64,000 bases of DNA from Spirulina sp. (GCA_044070495.1 JBIPSI010000006.1:32001-96000); one strand, 5' to 3'. Shown: positions 39,911 to 51,449, counted from the stretch's first letter. Translations and numbers: made by a program. The notes: a model not told the origin generated them from the sequence alone.

Positions 39911-42124
39911 ATGCCCTCCCCCCTGATCAGTCGCTACCTACTTGCCCTCGACCGCTACAAATGGCCCGCCTTGGCCAGTTTGCTGGGGGTGTTGGGGCTG
40001 TCAACGGTGGTGGCCCTACAACCGCCGCCGCCCCCCGTTTATCGGACGGAGGGAATGCTCGTGATGAACGCCCCCGTGGTGGCCCTCACCGCCACGGGAA
40101 CCGAGGTGCAAGAGCGAGGCCAGGGGATTATTTCCACGGAGTTTCTGCTGGCGGATGTGCTCCTAGACCAGGTGGCTAAGGAATTGGCTAGGCGGGAAAT
40201 TTCCCTGTCTTCCCAGGCCATTCGAGACTCGACGACCCTCAAACTAGAGGGCGAAGAAAACGTGGTGCAACGGGTGGTGGTGGTGGTGAAGCGGCCATCA
40301 GCGGAGGAGGCCCAGATCGTCTCGGATTTGCTGGTGGAGGGCATGGTGGAACTGAGCCGAGTCACCAATCGGGCTAGGCTGCGGGCCATTATTACGGCCC
40401 TAGATGATCGATTGCCAGCGGTGGAGGCGGATCTTCGGGCCGCCGAACAGGCGTTGGAAACCTACGACCGCCAGGAAGGCCCTGCGATTCAGGCGGCCCT
40501 AGACGGCAGTTTGCTAGGGGCGATCTCTGGAGGGCAACAGCAACAGCGCCAGAACCAGATCACCCTGGCGGGGCTAGACTCACAAATTCAGAGTTTGCAG
40601 CGGCAACTGGGCCTCACCCCCGGCGAAGCTCTCACCGCCTCAGCCTTGAGTGCCGATCCCATCATTGCCCAACTGCGGGCTCAGATTTTGCAGACGGAAA
40701 CCCAACTGCAACTGCTGGCCCCCACCCTACGAGCGGCCCATCCCACCATTCAGGAATTGCAAACCAGCCTTGCGGCCTACAACCGGCTATTGGCCGAGCG
40801 GGCCTCCGAGGTGGTTGGTGGAGAGGATCTTGCCGCCCTGCCCAGCGTCAGCCAAGTCCGTCAAAGGAGTGCCCTGGATCCGGCCCGCGCCGCCCTCGCT
40901 AACCAACTGGTGGTGCTCTCCAATCAGCGGGAAGCGCTCCTACGGCAGCAGCAAATTTTGGTGGAGGCCGATGGTCAACTGCGGCAGCAGTATGCCAGCC
41001 TGCCCAACAAACAACTGGAGCGCAATCGCCTCGCCCAGCAGGTGGCCCGCACCCAGGCCCTCTACGATCAAATTCAGGCCAGACGCATTGATGCCGAGTC
41101 CGCCGAGGCCGAAACCGTCAGCAGCTTAACCGTGGCCCAGCCCCCCATCACTGCCCTGCAACCCCAGGATGTCACCAGTCCGCTGGTGGTTGTGGCCCTG
41201 GGCGGCGTGATGGGGGTGATCGCAGCGGCGGGCGTCGTATTTTTGTTAGATCTCCTGGATGGCACCGTACGCATCGCGGACGATCTGGAGGCGATTTTTC
41301 GGGATCAAGACATCCCTGTGCTGGGGGTGATTCCCGCCCTGCCCAAGCTGCCCCATCAGCGCCATCCCGTCTTGGTCTCTGCCCAAGCCCCTCACCTGGC
41401 CAGCTACGAGGACCTGCGCACCAACCTGCGCCGCAGCCCCAACCGCCCAGAGGGTGACCAGCACCCTAAGGTGGTTCTGGTCACCAGCAGCCGAGACCAG
41501 GAGGGCAAGACCACCACGGTGATGAACCTGGGTATTGCGGCGGCCCGGGCCGGACGACGGGTGCTAATTGCTGAATGCGATCTCCAGCATCCCTCCCACG
41601 GCACGGCCCTAGGGCTAACCCTACCTCCGGAGGCCGTGGCCTCTCCCCGCCGCTACTACGCAGGCTATCCCAGCGATCCCGTGCAAATGGTGCCCCAGGT
41701 GGAGAGCTTGTACATGGCCCTAGCCCCCGGCCCCCAGTCCCATGCGGCGGCGGTGCTAGAATCCAGCGAAATGCATCAATTTTTGGCCTCCGCTAGGGCC
41801 AGGTTTGATCTGGTGTTACTCGATGCACCGCCCCTCAGCCGCAACAACAACGCCATCACCCTAGCCGCCGAGGCTGATGGGCTGCTGATCGTCAGCCGCG
41901 TGGATTATACGGAAAAGCCCGTCTTGGAGGCCATCCTAGAGGAACTGCTGGAGATGGACGATATCGTGCTGTTGGGGGCTGTGGTTAATGCCGCCCCAGA
42001 AAGCCGTGCCGTGGTGGTCGAGGCTAGCCCACCTTCACCTCAGCCCACGGTAGCTGAACCCGTGCATAGGGCTCCGACTCCAACCCCAGAACCCGCCAGT
42101 CCGCCTTCCATAGACTTCTTCTAG
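39911..42124 (+). CDS. wzc: Polysaccharide chain-length determinant / BY-kinase-like protein (Wzc/GumC)
   Basis: Two TM segments flanking a coiled coil with an HP motif; Walker A-like EGKTT; LLDAPP. Confidence 0.85.
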   Translation: MPSPLISRYLLALDRYKWPALASLLGVLGLSTVVALQPPPPPVYRTEGMLVMNAPVVALTATGTEVQERGQGIISTEFLLADVLLDQVAKELARREISLSSQAIRDSTTLKLEGEENVVQRVVVVVKRPSAEEAQIVSDLLVEGMVELSRVTNRARLRAIITALDDRLPAVEADLRAAEQALETYDRQEGPAIQAALDGSLLGAISGGQQQQRQNQITLAGLDSQIQSLQRQLGLTPGEALTASALSADPIIAQLRAQILQTETQLQLLAPTLRAAHPTIQELQTSLAAYNRLLAERASEVVGGEDLAALPSVSQVRQRSALDPARAALANQLVVLSNQREALLRQQQILVEADGQLRQQYASLPNKQLERNRLAQQVARTQALYDQIQARRIDAESAEAETVSSLTVAQPPITALQPQDVTSPLVVVALGGVMGVIAAAGVVFLLDLLDGTVRIADDLEAIFRDQDIPVLGVIPALPKLPHQRHPVLVSAQAPHLASYEDLRTNLRRSPNRPEGDQHPKVVLVTSSRDQEGKTTTVMNLGIAAARAGRRVLIAECDLQHPSHGTALGLTLPPEAVASPRRYYAGYPSDPVQMVPQVESLYMALAPGPQSHAAAVLESSEMHQFLASARARFDLVLLDAPPLSRNNNAITLAAEADGLLIVSRVDYTEKPVLEAILEELLEMDDIVLLGAVVNAAPESRAVVVEASPPSPQPTVAEPVHRAPTPTPEPASPPSIDFF

Positions 42125-42222
42125 GTCGCTGGTGACTTGACTTCTTCTAAGTTGCTGGACTGGCCCTTGCCCATTGGTTTGGCCATGGGTTTGCGATAGG
42201 ATCGAAGAGACACTGTACTGAA

Positions 42223-42972
42223 ATGCCGGGAGCGAATCGCTTGCCAACCCTAGGAGTCAACATTGATCACATCGCCACCGTACGGCAGGCTCGTCGCACC
42301 GTGGAACCGGATCCGGTAGCGGCAGCAGTACTGGCGGAATTGGCCGGAGCCGATGGCATCACCGTCCACCTGCGGGAGGATCGCCGCCACATGCAAGACC
42401 GTGATGTGCGGCTGTTGCGCCAAACGGTACGCACCCACCTCAATTTAGAAATGGCCGCCACCGATGAAATGGTCGCCATTGCCCTGGAGGTAAAGCCAGA
42501 TTATGTGACCCTGGTACCCGAACGGCGGGAGGAAGTGACCACTGAGGGCGGACTAGACGTGGCAGGGCAGCTTGACCGGATGGCCCAGGTGGTAGACAGG
42601 CTTCAGTCGGCTAACATCCCCGTGAGCTTGTTTATTGATGCCGATGCCGCCCAAATTAAAGCCTCGGCCCAGGTTAAGGCCCAGTTTATCGAACTCCACA
42701 CGGGCCCCTACGCCGAAGCTAAGGGTGAGGAGGAACACGCCCAACAGTTAGGGATCCTGCAAAGGGGCACCGCCCAAGCCCTCGATCTGGGCCTGCGGGT
42801 AAACGCGGGCCATGGCCTCACCTACTGGAATACCTACCCCGTGGCCTGCATCCCCGGCATGGAGGAACTCAACATTGGCCACAGCATCATCAGTCGGGCG
42901 GTATTGGTGGGCCTAGAACGGGCGGTGCGCGAGATGAAGCAGGTGATCTACGGAGTCCCGCTCAGTCTCTAG
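42223..42972 (+). CDS. pdxJ: Pyridoxine 5'-phosphate synthase
   Basis: [30 protein letters not shown] and ELNIGH motifs. Confidence 0.97.
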   Translation: MPGANRLPTLGVNIDHIATVRQARRTVEPDPVAAAVLAELAGADGITVHLREDRRHMQDRDVRLLRQTVRTHLNLEMAATDEMVAIALEVKPDYVTLVPERREEVTTEGGLDVAGQLDRMAQVVDRLQSANIPVSLFIDADAAQIKASAQVKAQFIELHTGPYAEAKGEEEHAQQLGILQRGTAQALDLGLRVNAGHGLTYWNTYPVACIPGMEELNIGHSIISRAVLVGLERAVREMKQVIYGVPLSL

Positions 42973-43207
42973 TCCTGACCATTCCCCTTACTTTGTGACC
43001 TTACCTACCGTTTTTCTCCTGTTGGGGGCAAGGCTAGGGCTAAAATGTGATGGTGCTAGGGGAATTTTCCCCCTGGGCAAACCACGGTGCCCGCGAATTT
43101 TTAGGACTGATCGCAGGATGGATCGATAGGGATCGACGCTGAATCGATCTAATCCTTCCCATCCCCGTCACGCTAGACCAACGGTTAGAGATCTTTAGGA
43201 GAACCCG

Positions 43208-43540
43208 ATGACAACCTACTACTACGCTGTTGCCAGTGAAAAGTTTTTGCTCGAGGAAGAACCCTTCGAGGAAGTGCTGAAGGAGCGTCGCCGCTACTAT
43301 CAAGAGCAGGAGCAGGCCCTTGATTTTTGGCTGGTCAAAGCTCCGGCGTTCCTCGACGCCCCTGAATTGGCCTCGGTGAAAGCAAGCTGTCCTCAGCCCG
43401 CCGTAGCGGTGCTTTCCACCAATAAAACCTTCATCACCTGGCTGAAGCTGCGCCTAGAGTATGTGGCCACCGGGGAATTTGAGGCTCCCTCCGCTACCAT
43501 TCCCGATCCCCTGGCTTCGGCGACGGCCCTCCCAGCCTAG
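43208..43540 (+). CDS. ycf54: Mg-protoporphyrin IX monomethyl ester cyclase auxiliary protein Ycf54
   Basis: ASEKFLLEEEPFEEVLKER, DFWLV and FITWLKLRLEYV motifs. Confidence 0.93.
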   Translation: MTTYYYAVASEKFLLEEEPFEEVLKERRRYYQEQEQALDFWLVKAPAFLDAPELASVKASCPQPAVAVLSTNKTFITWLKLRLEYVATGEFEAPSATIPDPLASATALPA

Positions 43541-43602
43541 GTCTCCCTGGGGGCAGAGGCCAAGATCCGCTGCCCCTAAAGCGTCCCATATACGTCTAAG
43601 AT

Positions 43603-43687
43603 TAAATCCGGCTGGGTTGCTCCCGGTATCAGCAGGCGAGGAGACCTCACCTCTACGGTTTGTCAGGCTGGGAATTGTGGGTTTCCT
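43603..43687 (+). repeat. Dispersed repeat, copy 3
   Basis: TAAATCCGGCTGG...GGCGAGGAGACCTCACCTCTAC...GGGAATT. Confidence 0.85.
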
Positions 43688-43860
43688 GTCCGGCTTTGGT
43701 ATCACGTCTTTCGATGACAGGCCCCCCGTTACGGATTTGCCAATCTGAGGTTGAAACCCGCAGGTTTGGGCTAGAATCGCTGGCAGATTGTGGCATCGCG
43801 GCGGCGTAACCTTAGGAGCGTCGTCTAGAGTGCGTATTCAGTAAGGCAGACACAACGGCA

Positions 43861-44703
43861 ATGAGTAACTGGTTTGGGTTATCCACAACAGCGGCTCCCC
43901 ATCGTTCCCTAGGGCGACGAGGATGGCGAACAACCTTCACGCTGGCAACGCTTGGGACGCTGATTACTCCCTGGATGGGTGCCGCCTCGGCCCAGGTGGC
44001 CTTTCCCGCCTGTCCTCCCCCCCAAGCCAACGAGTATCTGCTGTTGGTGCGGGGCAATACCGAGGCCGAGCGGGATCGCGTCCAAGACCTACTGCCCTCT
44101 AGCAGTACGGTGATGGTTTGCAACTACCTCAGCGATACGGTGGTGCGGGCTGGGGGATTTACCAGCCTGGAAAACGCCAACGCCTGGGCACAGTACATGA
44201 CCGAGGTGGAAGGGTTGCAAGCCTTTGTGGCCCGCCCCGCCGCCACCACCGCCACCAATCCCCCGACAACAACCAGCCCAACGCCGACCTCCCCAACGCC
44301 GAGCACCAATCCGGCGGTGCCGCCGACCACCCCCTCTACGGCTAATCCCTCTACAGCTAGCCCTTCAACGCCCACACCGTCTACCGCACCGCCGACATCG
44401 TCGTCTACCGCAGGAAACCCGACCCCCATTGCCTATGCGCCCCAACCCCTCAATACAGGGTTTGCGGTATTGGTGGACTATCAATATCAACCGGAGGCCG
44501 CCCGATCGGTGCAGCGCCAAATTGGGCAGGCGGTAGGTTTGGCGGTCTATCGGCAGCGTCCCTACCTGCTGATTGCCTATAGTCCTAGCCTAGAGGGAGC
44601 CGCTACTACCCTCCAGGTTCTAGGGGGCTACGGCATCTCTGGCTTCATTGTGGACAGCCGTGAGGTGGTGATGCTGACTCCGGCGGTGGCGCTGGCGGAG
44701 TAG
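43861..44703 (+). CDS. Secreted hypothetical protein with two small domains joined by a Pro/Thr/Ser linker
   Basis: Signal peptide ending ...ASAQ; low-complexity TTSPTPTSPTP linker. Confidence 0.7.
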   Translation: MSNWFGLSTTAAPHRSLGRRGWRTTFTLATLGTLITPWMGAASAQVAFPACPPPQANEYLLLVRGNTEAERDRVQDLLPSSSTVMVCNYLSDTVVRAGGFTSLENANAWAQYMTEVEGLQAFVARPAATTATNPPTTTSPTPTSPTPSTNPAVPPTTPSTANPSTASPSTPTPSTAPPTSSSTAGNPTPIAYAPQPLNTGFAVLVDYQYQPEAARSVQRQIGQAVGLAVYRQRPYLLIAYSPSLEGAATTLQVLGGYGISGFIVDSREVVMLTPAVALAE

Positions 44704-44733
44704 AGGATCGGCCCAGAAATCAAGCTGCCGAAT

Positions 44734-44763
44734 GGGTGCATTGCTTCGCGAATGGCACCCTAC
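44734..44763 (-). repeat. GTAG-type REP-like palindrome
   Basis: Minus strand reads GTAGGGTGCCATTCGCGAAGCAATGCACCC, between convergent genes. Confidence 0.55.
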
Positions 44764-44794
44764 GTTGAGCGTGGTGGTACGTCTCTGATTAAAC

Positions 44795-45265
44795 CTAGAA
44801 GCCGTAGGCGGGGGCGGCGAGCCAGGAAATAAACACGCCCAAAATTGACCCGGCGATCACCTGAAAGGGGGTGTGGCCTAGGAGTTCCTTGAGGCGATCT
44901 TCGTTGAATTCGGGCTTTTCTTGGAAGAGTTCGTCGATGATTTGGTTTAATACGCGGGCCTGTTTGCCAGCGGCTTGGCGTACCCCAGCGGCATCGTACA
45001 TGACGATGATGGCAAAGACGCAGGTGGCGGCAAAGAATGGACTGGCCCAGCCGAGGGTTTGGCCAACCCCACAGGCTAGGGCGGTGACTAGGGCCGAGTG
45101 GGCGCTGGGCATTCCCCCGGTTTCCACCATCACCTTGAGGTTGAGCTTGCGGTGGCGCACCAGTTCAATGATGGCCTTGAGAATTTGGGCCGTGACACAG
45201 GCCACCAAAGCCACCAGTAGAACGTAGTTATCGAGGATGTCGCTAAAGTTTTCCATCGTTGGCAT
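44795..45265 (-). CDS. Divergent PAP2 family protein (DUF212)
   Basis: TGGMPSAHSA, VMYDAAGVR and LKELLGHTP motifs. Confidence 0.92.
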   Translation of the reverse strand: MPTMENFSDILDNYVLLVALVACVTAQILKAIIELVRHRKLNLKVMVETGGMPSAHSALVTALACGVGQTLGWASPFFAATCVFAIIVMYDAAGVRQAAGKQARVLNQIIDELFQEKPEFNEDRLKELLGHTPFQVIAGSILGVFISWLAAPAYGF

Positions 45266-45274
45266 GGCTAATCC

Positions 45275-46195
45275 CTAGTAGGTACGGGCAACAATGTAGT
45301 CGGCAATCGCCCGTAGGGGCTGGTTGGCAGGCCCAAAGCCATCCAGGGCCGCCTTGGCTTCGTCAATCAGTTTATCCGCCTGCCGCCGCGATTCCTCCAG
45401 ACCCCATAGGCTGGGATAGGTGGCTTTTTGGGCGGCTACGTCCTTGCCAATGGACTTGCCCAGGGTTTCGGCGGTGGAGGTGATATCTAGAATATCGTCC
45501 ACAATTTGGAAGGCAAGGCCAATGCGCTGGGCGTAGTCCCGCAGATTTTGGATTTGATCGTCGGTGGCCCCGGCCAGGATGGCCCCGGAGGTGACGGAAA
45601 TTTCTAGCAGGGCTGCGGTTTTATGGTTGTGGATGTAGTTGAGGGTTTCTAGGGTGGTATCGGGGTTGCCTTCACTAGCCAAATCCACAATTTGCCCGCC
45701 GACCAGACCTTCGCCACCGACGGCCTTGCCCAGCCCCGCAATCACCCGCAGTACGCGATCCGCCGGAACTCCCTGGGTAGCGGTTGCCACATGCTCAAAG
45801 GCGTAGGTGAGCAGGGCATCTCCGGCCAAAATCGCCACATCGTCGCCGTAGACCTTGTGGTTGGTCAGCCGTCCACGCCGATAGTCGTCGTTGTCCATGG
45901 CGGGCAGATCGTCGTGGATCAGCGACATGGTGTGGATCATCTCCAGGGCGCAGGCGGTGGGCATAGCCACCTCAGAATTGCCACCCATCAGTTCGCAGGA
46001 AGCCAAACACAGAATGGGCCGCAGCCGCTTCCCCCCCGCCAGCAGCGAATAGCGCATGGATTCGTAGAGCGTTTCGGGGTACTGCATCGGCACCGCCGCA
46101 TCTAGGGCCGCCTCCACCTGCGGGCGACGTTCCTCCAAATAGGCTGACAGGTCAAATTCAGTCAGATTCGGGTCGAGGGAGTTTGCGGACACCAT
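45275..46195 (-). CDS. crtE: Geranylgeranyl diphosphate synthase
   Basis: [22 protein letters not shown] and FQIVDDILD motifs. Confidence 0.93.
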   Translation of the reverse strand: MVSANSLDPNLTEFDLSAYLEERRPQVEAALDAAVPMQYPETLYESMRYSLLAGGKRLRPILCLASCELMGGNSEVAMPTACALEMIHTMSLIHDDLPAMDNDDYRRGRLTNHKVYGDDVAILAGDALLTYAFEHVATATQGVPADRVLRVIAGLGKAVGGEGLVGGQIVDLASEGNPDTTLETLNYIHNHKTAALLEISVTSGAILAGATDDQIQNLRDYAQRIGLAFQIVDDILDITSTAETLGKSIGKDVAAQKATYPSLWGLEESRRQADKLIDEAKAALDGFGPANQPLRAIADYIVARTY

Positions 46196-46306
46196 AGCGG
46201 CAAAACGGGGCTAAACAGGACGAGGGACAGGAAGGTGAACCAATGCGAGGCTATCTCTGGGATGGCATGGCCTAGGGTGAGGACGGCCTAGGGCGTCGGG
46301 GAACCC

Positions 46307-47173
46307 TCAAATTTGAAGGCGTTGACGGTAGCTGGTGACGGTATTTTCCAACAGCATGGCCACGGTCATAGGGCCAATGCCACCGGGCACCGGGGTAATG
46401 GCGCTGGCCATGGGAGCCACGGCGTCGTAGTCTACATCGCCCACCAGACGGGCCTTGCCATCGGCACTGTCCACCCGGTTAATGCCCACGTCAATCACCA
46501 CGGCACCGGGCTTCACCCAGTCGGCGGTGATCATATTGGGTCGGCCTACCGCCGCCACTAGAATATCAGCTTGGCGGGTCAGGGCTGGCAGATCGACGGT
46601 GCGGGCATGGGCCACAGTAACGGTGGCGTTGGCCTCTAGCAGCATGATGGCCATGGGTTTGCCCACCAAAATACTCCGCCCCACCACCACCGCCCGCTGA
46701 CCCGTGAGGTCAATATGATGGGCCGCCATCAGCCGCATCACACCGTAGGGGGTGCAGCTTCTTAGGCCCTGTTCCCCCCGCAGCAAGCGGCCTAGGTTAA
46801 TGGGGTGCAGCCCGTCCACGTCTTTATCGGGGTCGATGGTGTTCAGCAGAGCCACCGCATCGAGGCCATCGGGTAGGGGCAACTGCACCAAAATGCCGTC
46901 CACATTGGGATCATTGTTGAGGTGCTGAATGAGCGCCATCACCTCAGACTGGGGTACCGTGGCATGGAGGTGATGCACCTGGGAAGCAATACCCACTTTG
47001 CCAGAGGCCCGCTCCTTGTTGCGCACGTAGGCGGCACTCGCGGGGTTATCGCCCACCATAATGACCGCTAAACCAGGGGGACGATGGCCCTGGGCGGTGA
47101 GAGACTGCACCTGCTGCGCGAGTTCATCCTGCACCTGAGCCGCCAGGGCTTTACCGTCGAGAATCTGAGTCAT
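46307..47173 (-). CDS. folD: Methylenetetrahydrofolate dehydrogenase/cyclohydrolase
   Basis: [23 protein letters not shown] and [15 protein letters not shown] motifs; start set at MTQILDG. Confidence 0.96.
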   Translation of the reverse strand: MTQILDGKALAAQVQDELAQQVQSLTAQGHRPPGLAVIMVGDNPASAAYVRNKERASGKVGIASQVHHLHATVPQSEVMALIQHLNNDPNVDGILVQLPLPDGLDAVALLNTIDPDKDVDGLHPINLGRLLRGEQGLRSCTPYGVMRLMAAHHIDLTGQRAVVVGRSILVGKPMAIMLLEANATVTVAHARTVDLPALTRQADILVAAVGRPNMITADWVKPGAVVIDVGINRVDSADGKARLVGDVDYDAVAPMASAITPVPGGIGPMTVAMLLENTVTSYRQRLQI

Positions 47174-47446
47174 GGCACAGACTACTGCTAAACAAAGGGA
47201 TGGAGGGTAAGGGAACACCGACAATGCCTTGATCCCCAAAAGGGCCGGGGTTGCCGTCAGCGCCCAGAGAATTTTGTCACCTTGACAGGATCCTGCGCTA
47301 AGCCTGGGCCGCAAAGCTAGGATAGGACAGGCTGACCTAGAGCCTTTCCCAGTGTCTCAGATTTTGCCCGTTTCGCGGCAGCGGCGCGTCTAGGTTCCTG
47401 ATCTAGGTTGGCTAGCGTTTTGTCCTTGTTTTCCCCGTTCCCTGCC

Positions 47447-47860
47447 ATGTTTAAACGGCTTGCCTACCCCGGTGTGCTTGGGTTAATCCTGATTTCGCTC
47501 ACCCTGGGCGGCGCTAGGGCCAATCCTAGTTTGGGGCTTCTCCTGCGGGAACAGTTGGGTAGCCTGCCTGGAATGGGTTGGCTTAACCCCGCCACCCCCA
47601 TTGCCGATCTAGGCCAACACCGGGGCGGCACCGCCTATTTTGAGGGCCAAGTCACTCGGCATTTGCCCTTGCTAGATGGCGTGTTGTACCAGGTCACCGA
47701 TCCCTCAGGGGCCATTTGGGTGAAGGCCACCACGCCGCCGCCGGATCTCGGTCAACAGGTTTCGCTACGGGCCACCATCCGCTACGAGTCGATTTTGATG
47801 CGGGGTCAGGACATTGGCGAAGCCTACGCCGAAGAACTAGAGCGCACGGTGAGGAACTAA
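47447..47860 (+). CDS. Hypothetical secreted OB-fold-like protein
   Basis: Signal peptide; YQVTDPSGAIWV motif typical of small OB folds. Confidence 0.6.
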   Translation: MFKRLAYPGVLGLILISLTLGGARANPSLGLLLREQLGSLPGMGWLNPATPIADLGQHRGGTAYFEGQVTRHLPLLDGVLYQVTDPSGAIWVKATTPPPDLGQQVSLRATIRYESILMRGQDIGEAYAEELERTVRN

Positions 47861-48029
47861 TCTCCTGGGCCTAGGGGGATAGGGTACTCGCACGTCTTTT
47901 AGGCATTTTCCTAACGAAAGTCCTGGCGAAATTCCTAACTAAACCCAGGCCGTCCTAAGGGCGATGGAAAATGGTAGTCTCTTAGAAACGCTGTGTAATG
48001 CTTAATTTTGTAGGAGAGGAAAAGGGGAT

Positions 48030-48449
48030 ATGAAACGATTGGTTGGCCTGCTGATTGCCATTGGAGTTCTGGTGGGTTGGTTTGGTGGGTTTGGCATGGC
48101 CCAGCCAGCACTGGCCGCTGGTGGATCTAGCGCCTTTGCCCTGCTGGCCGAGCGCCCCCTCGTCAACGCCGTTGATGCGAAACTGGGCACCGAGTATGGT
48201 GCTAAGCTCGACCTCAACAATGCCAACGTGCAAAACTTCCGCAAATACCCCGGTCTGTATCCCACCCTGGCGGGCAAAATCGTGCAAAATGCCCCCTTTG
48301 ATGCGGTGGAAGACGTGTTGGATATGCCCGGTCTGTCCGAGAAGCAGATCGAAATTTTGGAAGCCAACCTAGACAACTTCACGGTCACCGTGCCCGATCC
48401 GGCTCTGGTGGAAGGGGCCGACCGCTTTAACAACGGTGTCTACAAGTAG
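48030..48449 (+). CDS. psbU: Photosystem II extrinsic protein PsbU
   Basis: [18 protein letters not shown] and [11 protein letters not shown] motifs. Confidence 0.96.
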   Translation: MKRLVGLLIAIGVLVGWFGGFGMAQPALAAGGSSAFALLAERPLVNAVDAKLGTEYGAKLDLNNANVQNFRKYPGLYPTLAGKIVQNAPFDAVEDVLDMPGLSEKQIEILEANLDNFTVTVPDPALVEGADRFNNGVYK

Positions 48450-48626
48450 GTCAAAGTCAAAGCGCTAAGGAATTCCCTTCGCTTGCCCTATCCTGAACGG
48501 ATTCAGGAAAACGGTTCTAGAAAAGAGATTAAGCCCTTGTCGGTAGCCACTCTAATGGTGGGTTTGTTGACAGGGGCTTTCTCACATCTATCCAGGATGG
48601 CTGCTACCAATACCAAATACCGAGTC

Positions 48627-48687
48627 AGCAAACCCCGATTCCCAGTCCGATGAACCGTAGGGGTGAGATCTCCTCGCCCGCTGATAT
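48627..48687 (-). repeat. Dispersed repeat, copy 4 (inverted, partial)
   Basis: AAACCCCGATTCCC...CCGTAGGGGTGAGATCTCCTCGCCCGCTGATA. Confidence 0.8.
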
Positions 48688-48711
48688 TTCTAGTACCCAC
48701 AGGAGCACCCT

Positions 48712-50409
48712 TTGGCCCAGCCTATCCCTTCTCCGGCAGTGGCAACCCCGCCCTGGGATTTTGATGTCCTGGTTGTGGGAGGCGGAGCCGCAGGGCTGTA
48801 TGCCGCCCTCTCCATTCCTGAGCAGTGGCGGGTGGGGCTGATTACCAAAGATAATCTCTCCCTCTCGGCCAGCGATTGGGCACAGGGGGGTATCGCCGCC
48901 GCCCTAGGGCCAGATGATTCCGCCCATCTCCATGTGGCCGATACCCTACGGGCCGGAGCCGGACTGTGTGACCCCGATGCGGTGGAACATTTGGTTACCC
49001 ATGCCGCAACTTGCATCCATCGCCTAGTGGATTTGGGCGTGGCCTTTGACCGCAGCGGCCCCGACTTGGCCATGACCCTAGAGGCGGCCCACTCCCGTAA
49101 GCGGGTGCTCCACGCCGCCGACACCACCGGACGGGCCATTGTCTCCATCCTGGCGGAGGCGGTGCTGCGACGGCCCAACATCACCGTGTACGAGGCGGCC
49201 TTTGCTCTAGATCTATGGCTGGAGGACGGCCACTGTCGAGGCATTTCCCTGGTGCAGGGCCACACCCTACGCTGGATCTCGGCCCAGGCCACGGTGTTGG
49301 CCACGGGGGGCGGAGGTCAGGTCTATGCCCAAACCACCAACCCCACCGCCAGCACCGGGGATGGCGTCGCGATGGTGTGGCGGGCCGGGGGACAACTGCG
49401 GGATCTAGAGTTCTTCCAGTTTCACCCCACCTCCCTCTCCCAGCCCGGAGCACCGCCGTTTCTGATTAGCGAAGCCGTGCGTGGCGAGGGGGCGCACCTG
49501 GTGGATAAAGATGGCCGACGGTTTGCCTACGACTACCACCCCGATGGCGAACTGGCCCCCCGTGATGTGGTCAGTCGGGCGATTTTCCACCATCTGCAAA
49601 AAACCGGGGATCGACAGGTGTGGCTGGATATGCGCCCCATCCCCGCCGACAAACTGAACTACCGATTCCCCAACATCATCCGAGTCTGCCGCACCTGGGG
49701 CATCGACCCGCTGACTCAGCCCGTGCCCGTGGCCCCCGCCGCCCACTACTGGATGGGGGGCATTCCCACCGACTGCCACAGCCAAACCCAAATTCCCGGT
49801 CTCTATGCCGTGGGCGAAAATTCCAGCACGGGTGTCCATGGGGCCAACCGTTTGGCCAGCAACTCCCTGTTGGAATGCCTAGTCTATGGGGCGGAACTGG
49901 CGAATCTGCCGCTGCAAGCGGGCTTAGTGAAATCAGATATCCCCACTCCACAATCCCCGCAATCCCCAGAAGTCGATTCCAGTCCTGATCCCCGCCTTGC
50001 GGTTCTCGAACAACAACGGCAGCAATTGACCCAATTGATGTGGGACTATGCCGCCATCAGCCGCCACCAAACCGGGCTAGAAACCGCCATTGCCACCCTC
50101 TCAGACTGGCGCAAAGAAGCCGAACACCGGGAGCTTGACCAAATTTTGCAGCGCCTAGCACCCGATCTTCAGCAGAAGTTACCGGGCCACCTCAGTCTTC
50201 CGGTGCTGCGGGCTTGGGGCGAACTGCGTAATCTGTACGACGTGGCTTGGTTAGTGCTCAACAGTGCCCTATTTCGCACCGAAAGCCGAGGGGGCCACTA
50301 CCGCCGAGACCATCCCAACACCGACCCCGCATGGCAGGCTCACACCCTGGTGCAGGGCAACCAATGGCAGCGGTCGGCCCCGGTGTCTGCCCAGATTTCC
50401 CCGGAGTGA
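48712..50409 (+). CDS. nadB: L-aspartate oxidase
   Basis: SDWAQGGIAA, EAAHSR, QFHPT, SEAVRGEG, ELAPRDVV, HGANRLASNSLLE and ESRGGH motifs. Confidence 0.95.
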   Translation: MAQPIPSPAVATPPWDFDVLVVGGGAAGLYAALSIPEQWRVGLITKDNLSLSASDWAQGGIAAALGPDDSAHLHVADTLRAGAGLCDPDAVEHLVTHAATCIHRLVDLGVAFDRSGPDLAMTLEAAHSRKRVLHAADTTGRAIVSILAEAVLRRPNITVYEAAFALDLWLEDGHCRGISLVQGHTLRWISAQATVLATGGGGQVYAQTTNPTASTGDGVAMVWRAGGQLRDLEFFQFHPTSLSQPGAPPFLISEAVRGEGAHLVDKDGRRFAYDYHPDGELAPRDVVSRAIFHHLQKTGDRQVWLDMRPIPADKLNYRFPNIIRVCRTWGIDPLTQPVPVAPAAHYWMGGIPTDCHSQTQIPGLYAVGENSSTGVHGANRLASNSLLECLVYGAELANLPLQAGLVKSDIPTPQSPQSPEVDSSPDPRLAVLEQQRQQLTQLMWDYAAISRHQTGLETAIATLSDWRKEAEHRELDQILQRLAPDLQQKLPGHLSLPVLRAWGELRNLYDVAWLVLNSALFRTESRGGHYRRDHPNTDPAWQAHTLVQGNQWQRSAPVSAQISPE

Positions 50410-50552
50410 TGCCCCCAGAGTGATGGACGCCTACTCATTAGGATCAGAGTTATGGTCTACCCCATCATTTCCTCTGAGCAAGGCGGAATCTAGTCATCCT
50501 GGACTGGGCTTGCTAGGCTAAACGCAGTTGCCCTTCCCCTGTGATACCGCCC

Positions 50553-51449
50553 ATGGTGACCTCCTCCAAACCCCTGTTTGACCAGTTTTTGATGCCCATC
50601 TTCGAGCGGCTGATTGACCGTGAGGCGATTATTCGTCTGCGCCAGCGCATCGACTGGGACACCGAACTAGCCCGCTTCACCAATCCTCAGGTGGCCTATC
50701 CCGACTACTACACCGCCCACAATTTCCATGGGGTGAAAAATGGCTACCTGAATATCGATGCCGCCATCACCTACGACCCTATCACCCAGTACGTGCTGCC
50801 ACCGGGGGAAACCTGGGTACGGGAGAGCCTGGTAAACGCTATCCAGGGCCAACCCCGCCGCATTTTAGACTTGGGCTGCGGCACGGGCAGCACCACCCTG
50901 CTGCTGAAGCGTCGCTTTCCCCAAGCGGAGGTGATCGGGCTAGATCTGTCGCCGCAAATGTTGGTGATGGCCGCCGACAAAGCCAAGGTCGCCCATCTGG
51001 ATATCACCTTCCGCCACAGCAATGCCGCCGAAACTGGATTACCGGAGGACTCCTTTGATGTGGTGTGCATGACGCTGCTGTTCCACGAAACACCCCCCGC
51101 CGTTGCCAAGGCCATCCTAAAAGAGAGCTTCCGATTACTGAGTCCCGGTGGGCAAGTGCTAATTTTGGACGGCAACCAGCGCACCCTAAGGGCCACAGAC
51201 TGGCTCAACCAAATTTTTGAAGAACCCTTCATCCGCGACTACGCCCAGGGCAATGTAGAAGCTTGGCTAGGCTGGGCTGGCTTTGAAACGGTGCGTTCAG
51301 AAGACGTGTTTTGGCTAAATCAGCTCAGCTATGGCCGCAAACCCTTACCCGTCAACGACTACACCAGCACCTCCAAAAACAACTCCGCCGACCAGGATGC
51401 TTCCCCAGCGGCGGAGTGGAACGGCGGATTTACGCCTCAGATCGCCTAG
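50553..51449 (+). CDS. Class I SAM-dependent methyltransferase
   Basis: ILDLGCGTG, GLDLSPQML and LLFHETP motifs. Confidence 0.88.
   Translation: MVTSSKPLFDQFLMPIFERLIDREAIIRLRQRIDWDTELARFTNPQVAYPDYYTAHNFHGVKNGYLNIDAAITYDPITQYVLPPGETWVRESLVNAIQGQPRRILDLGCGTGSTTLLLKRRFPQAEVIGLDLSPQMLVMAADKAKVAHLDITFRHSNAAETGLPEDSFDVVCMTLLFHETPPAVAKAILKESFRLLSPGGQVLILDGNQRTLRATDWLNQIFEEPFIRDYAQGNVEAWLGWAGFETVRSEDVFWLNQLSYGRKPLPVNDYTSTSKNNSADQDASPAAEWNGGFTPQIA

Noticed and set aside
37366..48687. Repeat copies considered as a CRISPR array
   Set aside because: The copies are kilobases apart with no regular spacers, and there are no cas genes in the window.
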